Shown here: piece after piece, positions 10,653 to 20,727 of the stretch
Layout: every line of letters begins with the position of its first letter
Numbering within the stretch: position 1 is the stretch's first letter
NCBI GenBank assembly: GCA_963781585.1
Contig: CAWAGQ010000011.1
Span: 192,001 to 256,000, forward strand
DNA: 64,000 nt
DNA from: an uncultured Gemmatimonadaceae bacterium
Lineage (GTDB): Bacteria > Gemmatimonadota > Gemmatimonadetes > Gemmatimonadales > Gemmatimonadaceae
Direction of reading: 5' to 3'
Notes under the pieces: generated by a model
Database searches by the model: none
What the model saw: the letters and a program-made list of their open reading frames with translations, nothing else
Told to the model about the DNA's origin: nothing
Made by a program: the position numbers and the translations under genes

Positions 10653-11830
10653 GCCCCGACCTCGCCGCGCGCACCTCGCTGCTCGCCGGCGAGGGTGCGC
10701 TGGATGTCTTCGCGCGCGCGCGGGCCCTCGAGCGCGAGGGCAGGGAAGTCATCCATCTGGAGCTGGGCGCCCCCGATGTGAGTGCCCCACCGCATGCGAC
10801 CGAGGCGGCGATCCGGGCGCTCCGCGAGGGCGACGCGCGCTACGTCGCCCCGGAGGGGATTCCGGAACTCCGGGCAGCGATCGCCGCGGATGCCCGCTCC
10901 CGCGGCATCGACGCCTCCGCCGAGAACGTGCTCGTCACCCCGAGTGCCAAGACCGCGGTGTTCTATTGCCTGCTGGCCACGGTGGAGGCGGGATGCGAGG
11001 TCCTGGTTCCCGACCCGGGCTTCCCGATCTACCCCTCGGTCGCCCGGTTCGCCGGCGCGACTCCAGTGGGCTATTCGGTGGATGCCCGGAACGCTCCGGA
11101 CGTGGATGACATCGTGGCGCGCCTCACGCCCCGCACTCGGGTCCTGTGCCTCAACTCACCCAACAACCCCACGGGTGGCGCGCTGTGCGCAAGCGCCCTG
11201 GAGCGGCTGGCCGGCCTGGTTGAGCGGCATGACCTCATTGTTGTGGCCGATGACATCTACTCGCGGCTGGTCTTCGAGGGTGCCCGGGCGCCCTGCATCG
11301 CGGCCTTCTCCCAGGCGGCCTCGCGCTCCCTCATAGTGGACGGATTCTCGAAGACATACGCCATGACCGGATACCGGTTGGGATACGTGGTCGCACCGCG
11401 CCGGTGGATCCCGGCCCTGACCACGCTCGCGGTGAACGGACACACCTGCGTGGCGCCGTTCATCCAGCGAGCCGGCGTCGCTGCCTTGACCGGACCACAG
11501 GACGCGGTCAAGTCGCAGGTGGTGGCCTATCGCTCCAGGCGCGACCAGCTCGTTCGCGCCCTGAACGAGATCCCCGGAATCGACTGCCCGCTTCCGTCCG
11601 GGGCCTTCTACGCCTTCCCGAGCCTCAGCCGGATACTGGCGCGACATGGGCTGTCATCGCGTCAGTTTGCCGACATCCTCCTCGAGGACCATGGCGTTGC
11701 GACGATCGACGGCGCCGCATTCGGCAGCCGAGGTGAGGGGTGTCTTCGACTCTCGTTCGCGTCGGCTCAGGTCGATCTAGACACCGCCGCATGCCGCATC
11801 CGGGACGCCGTCTCGGGGATCGAGAAGTAG
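10649..11830 (+). CDS. PLP-dependent class I/II aminotransferase
   Basis: 'LNSPNNPTG', 'DDIY', 'GFSKTYAMTGYRLG'; GTG start overlaps the kinase TGA (GTGA). Confidence 0.92.
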   Translation: MSPDLAARTSLLAGEGALDVFARARALEREGREVIHLELGAPDVSAPPHATEAAIRALREGDARYVAPEGIPELRAAIAADARSRGIDASAENVLVTPSAKTAVFYCLLATVEAGCEVLVPDPGFPIYPSVARFAGATPVGYSVDARNAPDVDDIVARLTPRTRVLCLNSPNNPTGGALCASALERLAGLVERHDLIVVADDIYSRLVFEGARAPCIAAFSQAASRSLIVDGFSKTYAMTGYRLGYVVAPRRWIPALTTLAVNGHTCVAPFIQRAGVAALTGPQDAVKSQVVAYRSRRDQLVRALNEIPGIDCPLPSGAFYAFPSLSRILARHGLSSRQFADILLEDHGVATIDGAAFGSRGEGCLRLSFASAQVDLDTAACRIRDAVSGIEK

Positions 11831-12082
11831 AGTATTCGGCTGTCCAACACAGCGAATGCGCCAGTGGCCCCACACATCATGCAACGAGTGATGTGAGTCT
11901 GCTAATATAATGTAAATCCTGCTGTTATATGCATCGCTGACTCATCCGTTCCATCGCGCTGATTATCTAGTGCGATTGTACTGTCGCCTCGCTGTCGAAT
12001 TCCACGGTTCGCTGCTAGTTGAGCGCAATCTGCGCGGATCTGTCTTCCTAAGGCTGGAAAGGAAGAACGCCGCTCTGCTGGC

Positions 12083-12122
12083 TTGCAATTCAGGAGCTGT
12101 GCTGTATTATTCATCCATGAAT
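12083..12122 (+). promoter_or_regulatory. Putative leaderless sigma70 promoter and MarR operator
   Basis: TTGCAA-N16-TATTAT, then ATG 6 nt later; perfect palindrome ATTCAT-CC-ATGAAT (12109-12122) over the start codon. Confidence 0.6.
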
Positions 12123-12575
12123 CAAATCCCTGATTCGGTTGACGTACCGCCGGCCGGTGAATCGAGCGTAGCAAGCGACATCGTCCTTTCGCTCCTCATG
12201 GCAGCACACAGTCTCGAGGATCGGATCGAAAAAGAACTCGACGCCATGGGGCTCTCGCTCGCAAAGCTGAACGTTCTGAATCGGATGGCAGAAGCGGGGG
12301 AGCCACTGGCTCTCAGCGAGATCGCCGCACGGTTGAACTGCGTTCGCTCCAACGTCACGCAGCTCATCGATCGACTTGAAGGGGACGGATTGGTTCGCCG
12401 CGAGGCCGACGCCGGCGACCGCCGGAGCATCCGAGCGGTACTGACCGTCGAAGGCAGGACCCGCCAGAGTGCTGGCGCGACGACACTGGCGAAGATGAAA
12501 ACCGAACTCACGGCGTCCCTGCCGGCGGCTGATCGCTCGGCGCTCGAGCGCGCGCTCGGGCTACTGACTCCGTAG
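12117..12575 (+). CDS. MarR-family transcriptional regulator
   Basis: 'RSNVTQLIDRLEGDGLVRR...DRRS...LT' wHTH signature. Confidence 0.9.
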   Translation: MNQIPDSVDVPPAGESSVASDIVLSLLMAAHSLEDRIEKELDAMGLSLAKLNVLNRMAEAGEPLALSEIAARLNCVRSNVTQLIDRLEGDGLVRREADAGDRRSIRAVLTVEGRTRQSAGATTLAKMKTELTASLPAADRSALERALGLLTP

Positions 12576-12623
12576 ACCGACAACTACCAGGAGACAACCA
12601 GGGCCATTCAAAGCGATCCTGTG

Positions 12624-12643
12624 ATTCATAGATGAAGTATACA
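12624..12643 (+). promoter_or_regulatory. Second MarR-type operator upstream of the YceI gene
   Basis: ATTCAT-AG-ATGAAG, a near copy of the palindrome at 12109, adjacent to -10-like TATACA. Confidence 0.5.
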
Positions 12644-12711
12644 GCAGCGAATTGTGCATTACTGAGCAAACACCAGAAGCCAACAGCATCCGAAAGGAGC
12701 AAGGAATCACG

Positions 12712-13302
12712 ATGACCACAGCTACCGTTCCCAACCCGACCGACGCGATGTCGCTCGCCGGCACTCGCTGGGCGATCGATCCCGTCCACACAACCGTCGA
12801 ATTCGCGGTGAGGCACATGATGATCACCACCGTCCGTGGCCGCTTCGACAAGTTCACGGGCAGTGCGTACGTCGATCCGAACCATCCCGACACGCCGCAG
12901 GTCGAAGTGACCATCGATGCCGCGAGCATCGACACGCGTGAAACCCGCCGGGACGAACACCTCCGTTCACCTGACTTCCTGAACGCGGCCGAGCATCCCA
13001 CCATCACGTTCAGGGGTCGCCGTGTGGAAGGCGACATCGCGAGTGCGTTCCGGCTTGTCGGGGACCTGACCATTCGCGGCGTCACCCATGAGGTCGCCCT
13101 GAAGGCGAAGTTCGAGGGGCGCACGAAGGACCCCTGGGGCGGCGATCGCGCGGGCTTCAGCGCTACCGCGAAGCTCAACCGTCACGACTTCGACCTCCGT
13201 TGGAACGTGGCCCTGGAGACCGGAGGCGTGCTGGTCGGAGACGAAGTGAAGCTCTCGATCGACGCGCAGTTGGTGATGCAGGCGGAAGCGAAGGCGGCGT
13301 AA
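12712..13302 (+). CDS. YceI-family protein
   Basis: 'WAIDPVHTTVEFAVRHMM', 'RDEHLRSPDF', 'GDLTIRGVT', 'DPWG'; AAGGA RBS. Confidence 0.93.
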   Translation: MTTATVPNPTDAMSLAGTRWAIDPVHTTVEFAVRHMMITTVRGRFDKFTGSAYVDPNHPDTPQVEVTIDAASIDTRETRRDEHLRSPDFLNAAEHPTITFRGRRVEGDIASAFRLVGDLTIRGVTHEVALKAKFEGRTKDPWGGDRAGFSATAKLNRHDFDLRWNVALETGGVLVGDEVKLSIDAQLVMQAEAKAA

Positions 13303-13330
13303 CGGACTGCCGGGCTGACGCTGGAGGCGA

Positions 13331-13359
13331 GGACGGGGAGAGGATCACTTCTCCCCGCC
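13331..13359. terminator. Hairpin between convergent YceI and peptidase genes
   Basis: CGGGGAGAGG-ATCA-CTTCTCCCCG stem-loop; weak U tract. Confidence 0.45.
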
Positions 13360-13432
13360 TTGTGCTTCTCCGGTCGGTCCATGGTGTCGCCACATTGACC
13401 GACGGTTCCTGCGCCAGGGGATCGCTTCGCAC

Positions 13433-15505
13433 TTACCGCGCGATCGCCACGGCCGTCACCAGTCTGACGAGCGCATCCAGATCGCGGAGGTCCAGCACTT
13501 CGGCCGGACCATGTGAATAGCGCCCCGGCCACGACAGCCCGATGTTCGGCGGGCCCCACTGCTGAATCGACGAGCCGTCGGTGCCGCCGAACGTGGTGCC
13601 GATCTGCAGCGGAATCGTATTGGCCCGGGCGATGCGGACGATGCGGTCGCGCTCCGGACGCGGCACCAGGCTGGCGTTGTCGAGGGCCCGGAGCACCGGT
13701 CCGGCGCCTAACGGAGCGTACGCGAAATGCGGGGACTCGAGGGGCGTATCGCTCGTGACGAAGGTGTCGATGCTGTACACCCGCCGGAGCGAGGTTCCGT
13801 GTCGCTCACCGAAATAGCGGGCGCCATTGAGCCCGCCCTCCTCCTGTACCGACCATACGAAGATGACCTTGTGCGAAAGCGAGTCGGGCTTGAGACGCCG
13901 AATGGCGAACAGGAGCGCGGTATCACCCGAGCGGTCGTCGCTCGCGCGGCCAGTCATTCGCGTCCCGGCCAGCGGCTGCGCCCGCTTGTACGCCGTCACG
14001 CTCAGCCCGGGGTGCACGCCGCGCGCGACCAGCTGCCCCGAGTCGAGCCCGAACCATGCGGTGAGCGCGCCGGGCGACTTCACTCTCGCCGCATCACGTG
14101 GAACGAACACGCCGCGCAGGGATTCCGGGGCGGCACCGCCTGGGTCCGCGTCGAAATGGAGGTACGCCGGCACGCCTTCCCACGACGTGATCACGGCGCC
14201 CCCGCGCGTACGCAGGGTAGCGCGTCCGTCGGGCAGGATGCCCGTTACCTCGAACCCGACCTCGTCGGTGTGCGCGAGGAACGCCACCGAATCGCGGTCG
14301 GGACCCATCGCGACGATGATGTTTCCCATCGAGTCCACCACCGCGATGCGCCGCGCCCAGTCGGGCAGCGCCGCCAGCACCGCCGCCCGCACGCGCCATT
14401 CATGCCCGGACACGCCGGGCAGATCGGCAAGCGCCATCCACTGGCGCGCGAGATCGGCGTATCGGTCGGCGTGAGGCGCCGCGCGCGAGCTGTTGAGTGG
14501 CGGAGCGACCCACGCGTCGCCCGTGAGCCGGACGTTCGCCGCATCCGCCACAGCTCCCTTCAGTCTGCGCGCATCGTCGGCGGAGATGGACTCCACAAGC
14601 GACCCTCCCCATCTCACGCGCGGCCCGATCACGCGCACGGAGTCGATGTCGATCACGCGTGACGCTGCGCGAAACTCCTGACCCAGCCGACTCCGTGTCG
14701 AGACGGCGTCGTAGGCCGTGTTGCGTCCCTCGCTGACGATGGTGAGCGCATCGTAACTGCCCAGGTGCGCGAGAAGGGCGCCCAGCCCCACCCATCCCAG
14801 CGGCGCCTGTGTCGAGAGCACGAAGATGGTCTCTCCCGATTGCACCTGGCCGCTCGATGCGGTCGCGACGGCAGCGCATCCGGCGCGCTGTCCCGCGCCC
14901 GGGCCGGCGGTAAATCCCTCGTAGGTCCACGGCGGCCGGTCCACCGTGACCGGATCCAGGAGCGCGATGCCGAGCGCGCGCACGTCCGCAGCAGTGGCGG
15001 CGCCGACGTCGATCCAGAGGTCGTCCACGCCAACCACGGTTGTGTCGCCGCGATGCTGTGCGGCAAAGTGCCCGTTCGCCACGGCCACGACGCCGGGCAC
15101 CGGGCCGCGCGCCGAGAAGACCTTGATCTGCTGCGCCTCGTGGAACTGATCCCACAGCGGATGCGGCGGCTGGCCACCCACCCGGCGCAGACGCAGATAT
15201 GCCTGGTCGGTGATCTGGCTGACCACGTAGCCGGAATAATCCAGCGCGCACGCCACCACGCGGCGCGGCGAGCCGCTGCCGGAATGCCTGACGAGATTTC
15301 CCCAGACGTCGGCCGTCCATCCGGGGAGTGTCGCCGCGAGGCGCGTGGTGGCCACCACCGGATCGCCGGGCGGTGCGTCGAGCGCGGTCCAGGCCGCGAC
15401 GGCGTCGACCACCTGCCGGTTCGGATCAGGGGCCTGCGCTCCGAGGCAGGCGGGGACGGCCGTCAGGATCGCAGCGGCCCGAAGAGACTTGGCGAGGTCC
15501 GGCAT
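13433..15505 (-). CDS. Secreted M42/M20-clan metallo-aminopeptidase with two tandem M42-like domains
   Basis: Signal peptide; C-terminal domain has AHTDEVG, SDDRSG, QEEGGL, GGTDG, RYSHGP; N-terminal domain has a similar layout but lacks these ligands. Confidence 0.85.
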   Translation of the reverse strand: MPDLAKSLRAAAILTAVPACLGAQAPDPNRQVVDAVAAWTALDAPPGDPVVATTRLAATLPGWTADVWGNLVRHSGSGSPRRVVACALDYSGYVVSQITDQAYLRLRRVGGQPPHPLWDQFHEAQQIKVFSARGPVPGVVAVANGHFAAQHRGDTTVVGVDDLWIDVGAATAADVRALGIALLDPVTVDRPPWTYEGFTAGPGAGQRAGCAAVATASSGQVQSGETIFVLSTQAPLGWVGLGALLAHLGSYDALTIVSEGRNTAYDAVSTRSRLGQEFRAASRVIDIDSVRVIGPRVRWGGSLVESISADDARRLKGAVADAANVRLTGDAWVAPPLNSSRAAPHADRYADLARQWMALADLPGVSGHEWRVRAAVLAALPDWARRIAVVDSMGNIIVAMGPDRDSVAFLAHTDEVGFEVTGILPDGRATLRTRGGAVITSWEGVPAYLHFDADPGGAAPESLRGVFVPRDAARVKSPGALTAWFGLDSGQLVARGVHPGLSVTAYKRAQPLAGTRMTGRASDDRSGDTALLFAIRRLKPDSLSHKVIFVWSVQEEGGLNGARYFGERHGTSLRRVYSIDTFVTSDTPLESPHFAYAPLGAGPVLRALDNASLVPRPERDRIVRIARANTIPLQIGTTFGGTDGSSIQQWGPPNIGLSWPGRYSHGPAEVLDLRDLDALVRLVTAVAIAR

Positions 15506-15625
15506 GACGGGAGGGCGAGAGGGAAGGGGAGTCTGCGGTCGCGCGCGGTCTCCGGCAACCGCCGCTGCGGCGTTGGCTTGCCGTCAGCGTCTTGTGCTAA
15601 TATGCATTTGTTTTAGATTCGGTTC

Positions 15626-16372
15626 ATGTCCACTCGCCGTCTCCCCGATGCGGTCGACGATATCGCCGTGCTCGCCGATCCGGTGCGGCGCCGGCTCTAC
15701 TCTCACGTCTGCAACCGGCCGGACGCGGTCAGCCGGGACGACGCAGCCCGCGCGGTGGGAATCTCCCGGGCTCTGGCGGCGTTTCATCTCGACAAGCTCG
15801 TCGCCGCGGGACTCCTCGTCCACGAGTACCGTCGCCTGACGCGGCGACGCGGCCCGGGTGCGGGCCGTCCGTCCAAGCTCTACCGGCGGGCGATGCGGGA
15901 CATCAGCGTCAGCCTGCCGCCCCGCGATTACCAGTTGGCGGCCCATGTACTGGCGCAGGCGGCCAGCGCTGGGAATACCGCGCGGGCGCGCAGAACGGCG
16001 GCCGGCGCGGTGGAAGAAGCAGCACGACGACACGGTATCGCGATGGGACAGGAGACCGGGAGACAATCGCCGTCCGGCCGCGGAGGCCGCGCCGCGGTCG
16101 AAGGCGCGCTCCGGAACGGCGGATACGAGCCGACTCGCGTGTCGTCAGGCGACATCCGCTTGCGCAACTGTCCATTCGATGCCCTGGCTGGAGACTACCG
16201 CGAGCTCGTCTGCCGGATGAACCTCGCGCTCCTGCGGGGGATGCTGGACGGGCTGGGCGCTACGACGCTGCAGGCGGCGCTCGATCCGCAGCCCGGGGTG
16301 TGTTGCGTCGTTCTGCGATCGTCGGCCAGGCCTGACGCCGGACCGTCGAAGAGAGAGGGTGGAGATGAGTGA
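15626..16372 (+). CDS. HTH transcriptional regulator with Cys-rich C-terminus (ArsR/SufR-like)
   Basis: 'LADPVRRRLY', 'AFHLDKLV', 'GAGRPSKLY', 'LRNCPF', 'LVC', 'CCV'; upstream CTAA-N12-TTAG dyad at about 15597-15616. Confidence 0.8.
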   Translation: MSTRRLPDAVDDIAVLADPVRRRLYSHVCNRPDAVSRDDAARAVGISRALAAFHLDKLVAAGLLVHEYRRLTRRRGPGAGRPSKLYRRAMRDISVSLPPRDYQLAAHVLAQAASAGNTARARRTAAGAVEEAARRHGIAMGQETGRQSPSGRGGRAAVEGALRNGGYEPTRVSSGDIRLRNCPFDALAGDYRELVCRMNLALLRGMLDGLGATTLQAALDPQPGVCCVVLRSSARPDAGPSKREGGDE

Positions 16373-17903
16373 GCACGACGCGGACCTCACCGGACCGGAC
16401 CTGTCTCGCGGCGTATCCCTCCGCGACGTTCCCGAAGGGGGGATGCTGGTGGGGCACGCAAAGGGGAAGCCCGTCCTGCTGGCCAGAACAGGTGGCGAGT
16501 TCCACGCCGTGGGTGCCACGTGCACGCATTACGGCGCGTCGCTCGGCGACGGACTGCTGGTGGGCGACACCGTGCGCTGTCCCTGGCATCACGCGTGCTT
16601 CAATCTGCGCACCGGTGAAGCGGTTCGTGCGCCGGCCCTCGACCCGCTCCCGCAGTGGACGATTTTGCGGAAAGGCGACCGCATCGTGGTCACCGACGAG
16701 ATCGTCGTGCCGGACGGAGCGACAGCTGCGCAGGGTCGGGAGCCTATCGCGTCTCCACCGTCGTCGGTGGTGATCGTCGGGGCAGGTGCTGCCGGCAACG
16801 CCGCCGCCGAAACGTTTCGTCGGGAGGGATTCGAAGGTCCGGTGATCTTGATCGGCGCCGATCACGATCCGCCATACGATCGTCCCAATCTCTCGAAGGA
16901 CTATCTCGCCGGCACCGCACCCGAAGAGTGGATTCCGCTTCGGCCGCCGGAGTTCTACGGCGAGCACGGGATCGATCTCCTGCGCGCACGCCGCGTCGCG
17001 TCGATACGCGTGGCGGCGAAGGAACTGCGGCTCGACGACGGCCGCCAGATCACGTTCGATCGACTCCTGCTGGCGACCGGAGCGGATCCGATTCGCCTGC
17101 CGATTCCCGGCGCCGACCTCCCCCACGTGCACTACCTCAGGACGCTCGCCGACAGCCGCGCGATCGTCGCGCGCGCGACGGACTCGGGAAGGGCGGTGGT
17201 CATCGGAGCGAGCTTCATCGGGCTCGAGGTGGCGGCATCGCTGCGGCACCGCGGCCTGGAGGTGCACGTAGTTGCGCCGGAGTCGGTGCCCCTGGAACGC
17301 GTGATGGGGCGCGAGCTCGGGATGTTCATCAGGGGCCTCCACGAGGCGCACGAGGTCGTCTTTCATCTCGACGACGTGGCGGTCGGGATCGACGCCGGCC
17401 GGGTTACGCTGCGCAGTGGTGTCACGCTTGCGGCCGACCTGGTGGTCATCGGCGCGGGCGTGCGTCCTGCCATCGAGCTCGCACAGGGCGCGGGTCTGAC
17501 CACCGATCGCGGCATCGAAGTGGATGGGTATCTGGAGACGAGCGCCAAGGGGATCTTCGCCGCTGGGGACATCGCGCGCTGGCCCGATGTGCACACTGGT
17601 GAGCGCATTCGCGTGGAGCACTGGGTGGTAGCCGAGCGGCAGGGCCAGACCGCGGCGCGCAACATCCTTGGGCGGCGGGAACGCTTCGACGCGGCTCCGT
17701 TCTTCTGGAGTGCGCACTACGAGACGACCATTCGCTACGTGGGGCACGCCGAACGATGGGACGAGGCGATTGTGGAGGGAGCGCTGTCGGAAGGCTCCGC
17801 GGCGGTCCGTTTTCGTCGCGACGGCCGAACACTCGCGGTGGCGACCCTCGGGCGGGACATCGACAGTCTGCGCGCCGAGGTCACGATGGAAGGAGGAAAC
17901 TGA
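16365..17903 (+). CDS. Rieske [2Fe-2S] domain fused to FAD/NAD-dependent oxidoreductase
   Basis: CTH...CPWH Rieske motif, [30 protein letters not shown]. Confidence 0.92.
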   Translation: MSEHDADLTGPDLSRGVSLRDVPEGGMLVGHAKGKPVLLARTGGEFHAVGATCTHYGASLGDGLLVGDTVRCPWHHACFNLRTGEAVRAPALDPLPQWTILRKGDRIVVTDEIVVPDGATAAQGREPIASPPSSVVIVGAGAAGNAAAETFRREGFEGPVILIGADHDPPYDRPNLSKDYLAGTAPEEWIPLRPPEFYGEHGIDLLRARRVASIRVAAKELRLDDGRQITFDRLLLATGADPIRLPIPGADLPHVHYLRTLADSRAIVARATDSGRAVVIGASFIGLEVAASLRHRGLEVHVVAPESVPLERVMGRELGMFIRGLHEAHEVVFHLDDVAVGIDAGRVTLRSGVTLAADLVVIGAGVRPAIELAQGAGLTTDRGIEVDGYLETSAKGIFAAGDIARWPDVHTGERIRVEHWVVAERQGQTAARNILGRRERFDAAPFFWSAHYETTIRYVGHAERWDEAIVEGALSEGSAAVRFRRDGRTLAVATLGRDIDSLRAEVTMEGGN

Positions 17904-18547
17904 TGCACGAGAATGGGCGAGGAGGAACGGGCGGGGCCATCGCGGGCGGCTCATTGATGGCGCTCGAGGGCGCGCCGGGTGAGGAAGAACTCGAGGCGCT
18001 GGTTGCCCGCCAGCTCGAGCTGCTGGGCGAGGATCCCGAGCGTGCCGGTCTGGCCCGCACACCGTACCGGGTGGCGCGCTCGCTGCGCTGGCTCACGCGT
18101 GGCTACGAGATGACCGTCGAGGACGCGATAGCCGGCGCGCTGTTCGCGGAAGATCACGAGAACATGGTGATGGTGCGGGACATCGAGCTGTACTCGTTAT
18201 GCGAGCACCACCTGCTGCCGTTCTTCGGCAAGGCGCACGTGGCCTACATTCCGGACGGTCGGATCGTGGGCTTGAGCAAGTTGCCGCGTATCGTGGACGT
18301 CTTCGCGCGCCGGCTGCAGGTGCAGGAGCGCCTGACGGAGCAGATTGCGCAGGCCATCGACGACGTGCTCGCGCCGAAGGGCGTCGGCGTGGTCATCGAA
18401 GCGGCACACCTGTGCATGATGATGCGCGGCGTGGAAAAGCAGAATTCGCGGACGATCACCAGCGCGCTGCGCGGCAAATTCCGCGACTGTCCGATGACGC
18501 GGCAAGAGTTCCTGCGCCTCGCCCACGGCGCGCCGATCGCGCTGTAG
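17903..18547 (+). CDS. folE: GTP cyclohydrolase I
   Basis: '[12 protein letters not shown]', 'GLSKL', '[10 protein letters not shown]', 'HLCMMMRGV'; start could also be the ATG at about 17957. Confidence 0.95.
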   Translation: MHENGRGGTGGAIAGGSLMALEGAPGEEELEALVARQLELLGEDPERAGLARTPYRVARSLRWLTRGYEMTVEDAIAGALFAEDHENMVMVRDIELYSLCEHHLLPFFGKAHVAYIPDGRIVGLSKLPRIVDVFARRLQVQERLTEQIAQAIDDVLAPKGVGVVIEAAHLCMMMRGVEKQNSRTITSALRGKFRDCPMTRQEFLRLAHGAPIAL

Positions 18548-18564
18548 TCACTGGCCCATGTCCC

Positions 18565-19713
18565 CTATGGCCTCTTGTCATCCAGACTCACCACCGGCGT
18601 GCCGTACGGCCGGAACCCGGCCCCGTCGCCAACGCCAATCACTTCCAGGGACAGCTCATCCCCGTCCACGTGCACCACGACGAAGTGATACGGGTTCTCG
18701 ATCAGCGTTTTCGATGGAGTCACCACGCGAACCACCTTGACGGAATCCGCCGCGCCGTCCCGAAGGTATCTGGATACGTCGGGATCACCCCGGTACGCGT
18801 ACGGGGGGGCGCCTCCGCCGGCGGTCACGATCTGGTCGATGCGATGTTCGCCTGTCTCGTCGTGATAGTGCTCCACCCAGTGTTCGTACAGATGGTCGTG
18901 GCCCGCAAACAGCAGTCGCACATGTTCACGACGGAACAGCGGCATCCATTTGGTGCGGAGCGCGGCGGTGGGCGGCTCCACGCGGGCGGACCCATGGGGC
19001 CCCGATGAAAACACCGGATGGTGAAAGAAGACGACCACATTCGTGTACCGCCGGCGATCGAGCCCCTCCAGCTGCTTTTTCACCCATTCGAACTGCCCGC
19101 GGTCGTCCGCAATGTCCGTGTCGAAGGTGATGACGAACGTGTTGCCATAGCCGAAGGCATACGCCGGGGCGTGGGCGAGCCGCCGAGGATCACCATCCGG
19201 GGGGATCAGATGCGCCATCGCCGCGTAGTAGTTGGCCACCCCGGCGCGTCGCTGAGGCCCGTTGAAGCCGTAGGGGCCGGGCACATCGTGGTTCCCGAGC
19301 GTCAGGAAGTAGGGCACGTTCGCGTCCTGCGTCAGGAGATCGATCAGCGGCACGAACGACACGTTCCACTGCCGCGCATCAGTGCCGTCGCTCACGGCAT
19401 CGCCGCTCTGGAGCACGAAGCGGATCGGATCCGGGCTGCTCCGGCGGCTGACGATGGAGTCGATCATCACGTGCAGGACGACGGAATGCTCGAACTGCAG
19501 GTCGACACCGTCGTTGCCGCTTCGGGTGTCGCCGTACACGACGAACGAGAAGTGCGTGCTGTCCGCGGTCTGGGCCTCCGGGGGAATCCGTACGGCTGGC
19601 GGGGTGATGGCTTCAACGCCGCCGCGTGGAGTCTGGGCCGCTGCTGGAGCCATCGCGCCGACCAGGAAGCCGATACTGATGACGACTGGTGCGACCGTGC
19701 GAGCAAGAGTCAT
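18565..19713 (-). CDS. Secreted calcineurin-like metallophosphoesterase
   Basis: GD, GD, GNHD, HHP, GHDH motifs; signal peptide after ATG 19713. Confidence 0.88.
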   Translation of the reverse strand: MTLARTVAPVVISIGFLVGAMAPAAAQTPRGGVEAITPPAVRIPPEAQTADSTHFSFVVYGDTRSGNDGVDLQFEHSVVLHVMIDSIVSRRSSPDPIRFVLQSGDAVSDGTDARQWNVSFVPLIDLLTQDANVPYFLTLGNHDVPGPYGFNGPQRRAGVANYYAAMAHLIPPDGDPRRLAHAPAYAFGYGNTFVITFDTDIADDRGQFEWVKKQLEGLDRRRYTNVVVFFHHPVFSSGPHGSARVEPPTAALRTKWMPLFRREHVRLLFAGHDHLYEHWVEHYHDETGEHRIDQIVTAGGGAPPYAYRGDPDVSRYLRDGAADSVKVVRVVTPSKTLIENPYHFVVVHVDGDELSLEVIGVGDGAGFRPYGTPVVSLDDKRP

Positions 19714-19985
19714 GGAATCGGTCGGTGGAATGCGCATCCGGACAACTCGGCGACCTGCAAGGATCCACGGTGCAGCCGGGAACGCTTGAGCGGAAGGGTG
19801 CGCTGGGGGCGAACCCCGCATCAGACGATAATTGGGGTCAGACTCGAATTTCGTTCGAAATTCGAGTCTGACCCCATTTTCTCCAATCTCCATTCTGTCT
19901 GAGCTCCAGGGGCCCGTTCGCCGGGCGGCCGGGACCTTTCCCACGGATCCTGGATTCGTCAGATGAACGCCATACGGAAGGAAGA

Positions 19986-20552
19986 GTGACTGCGCAACTC
20001 GAACAGGCTACGCTGGGCGGCGGGTGCTTCTGGTGCCTCGAAGCCGTCTACCAGGAACTCGACGGAGTGACGAGCGTGGTGTCCGGCTACGCCGGGGGCG
20101 GCACCGACAGCCCCACCTATGAAGAAGTGTGCTCCGGAACCACCGGCCACGCGGAAGTGGTGCAGGTGACCTTTGACCCGAGTCGAGTGACGTATCGTGA
20201 GATCCTCGAGGTTCTTTTCGCGATCCACGATCCCACCACCAGGGACCGGCAGGGAAACGATCACGGGCCGCAGTATCGCTCCATCATCCTCTGGCACGAC
20301 GAGAATCAGAAGCGAACGGCCGAGGAACTGATCGCCGAGCTCACGGCGGAACGTGTGTACTCGTCGATGATCGTCACCGAGATCGCACCGCTGGACCTGT
20401 TCCACTCGGCCGAGGCGTACCATCAGAACTACTATCGACAGCACCGCATGCAGCCGTACTGCGCCTTCGTGATTTCCCCCAAGCTGGGCAAGTTCCGGAA
20501 GAAGTTCGCCGAGCGCACGAAGGCAGCCGTGGCGAATCGCGCCTCCGGGTAG
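19986..20552 (+). CDS. msrA: Peptide-methionine (S)-S-oxide reductase
   Basis: GGGCFWC, 'GYAGG', 'RQGND.GPQYRS', 'AEAYHQNYY'. Confidence 0.96.
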   Translation: MTAQLEQATLGGGCFWCLEAVYQELDGVTSVVSGYAGGGTDSPTYEEVCSGTTGHAEVVQVTFDPSRVTYREILEVLFAIHDPTTRDRQGNDHGPQYRSIILWHDENQKRTAEELIAELTAERVYSSMIVTEIAPLDLFHSAEAYHQNYYRQHRMQPYCAFVISPKLGKFRKKFAERTKAAVANRASG

Positions 20553-20727
20553 CGCTGGCAGAGACGACGGGCATATTGCGGGGCCGCGGGCACATGCTCG
20601 CGGCCCCCGCGGCGCTTCCGGGCAACGTCCGTTTCATTCCATGCGTTGTCCGAGCATTGTGTCCACGAGCCGGTGCGTAGCGTGCACCGGGCCGATCGGC
20701 GCCTTCATCCCTCTACCGTCGTCTCGC

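Noticed and set aside
16260..18062. 600-aa minus-strand ORF (and similar long ORFs at 34560-36668, 47790-49442, 55955-57628)
   Set aside because: Shadow frames of well-supported genes in high-GC DNA, Arg/Pro-rich with no motifs; only the first about 80 codons of 55955 look real
20579..20610. GC hairpin after msrA as an intrinsic terminator
   Set aside because: The stem is present but has no U tract, so it is not called
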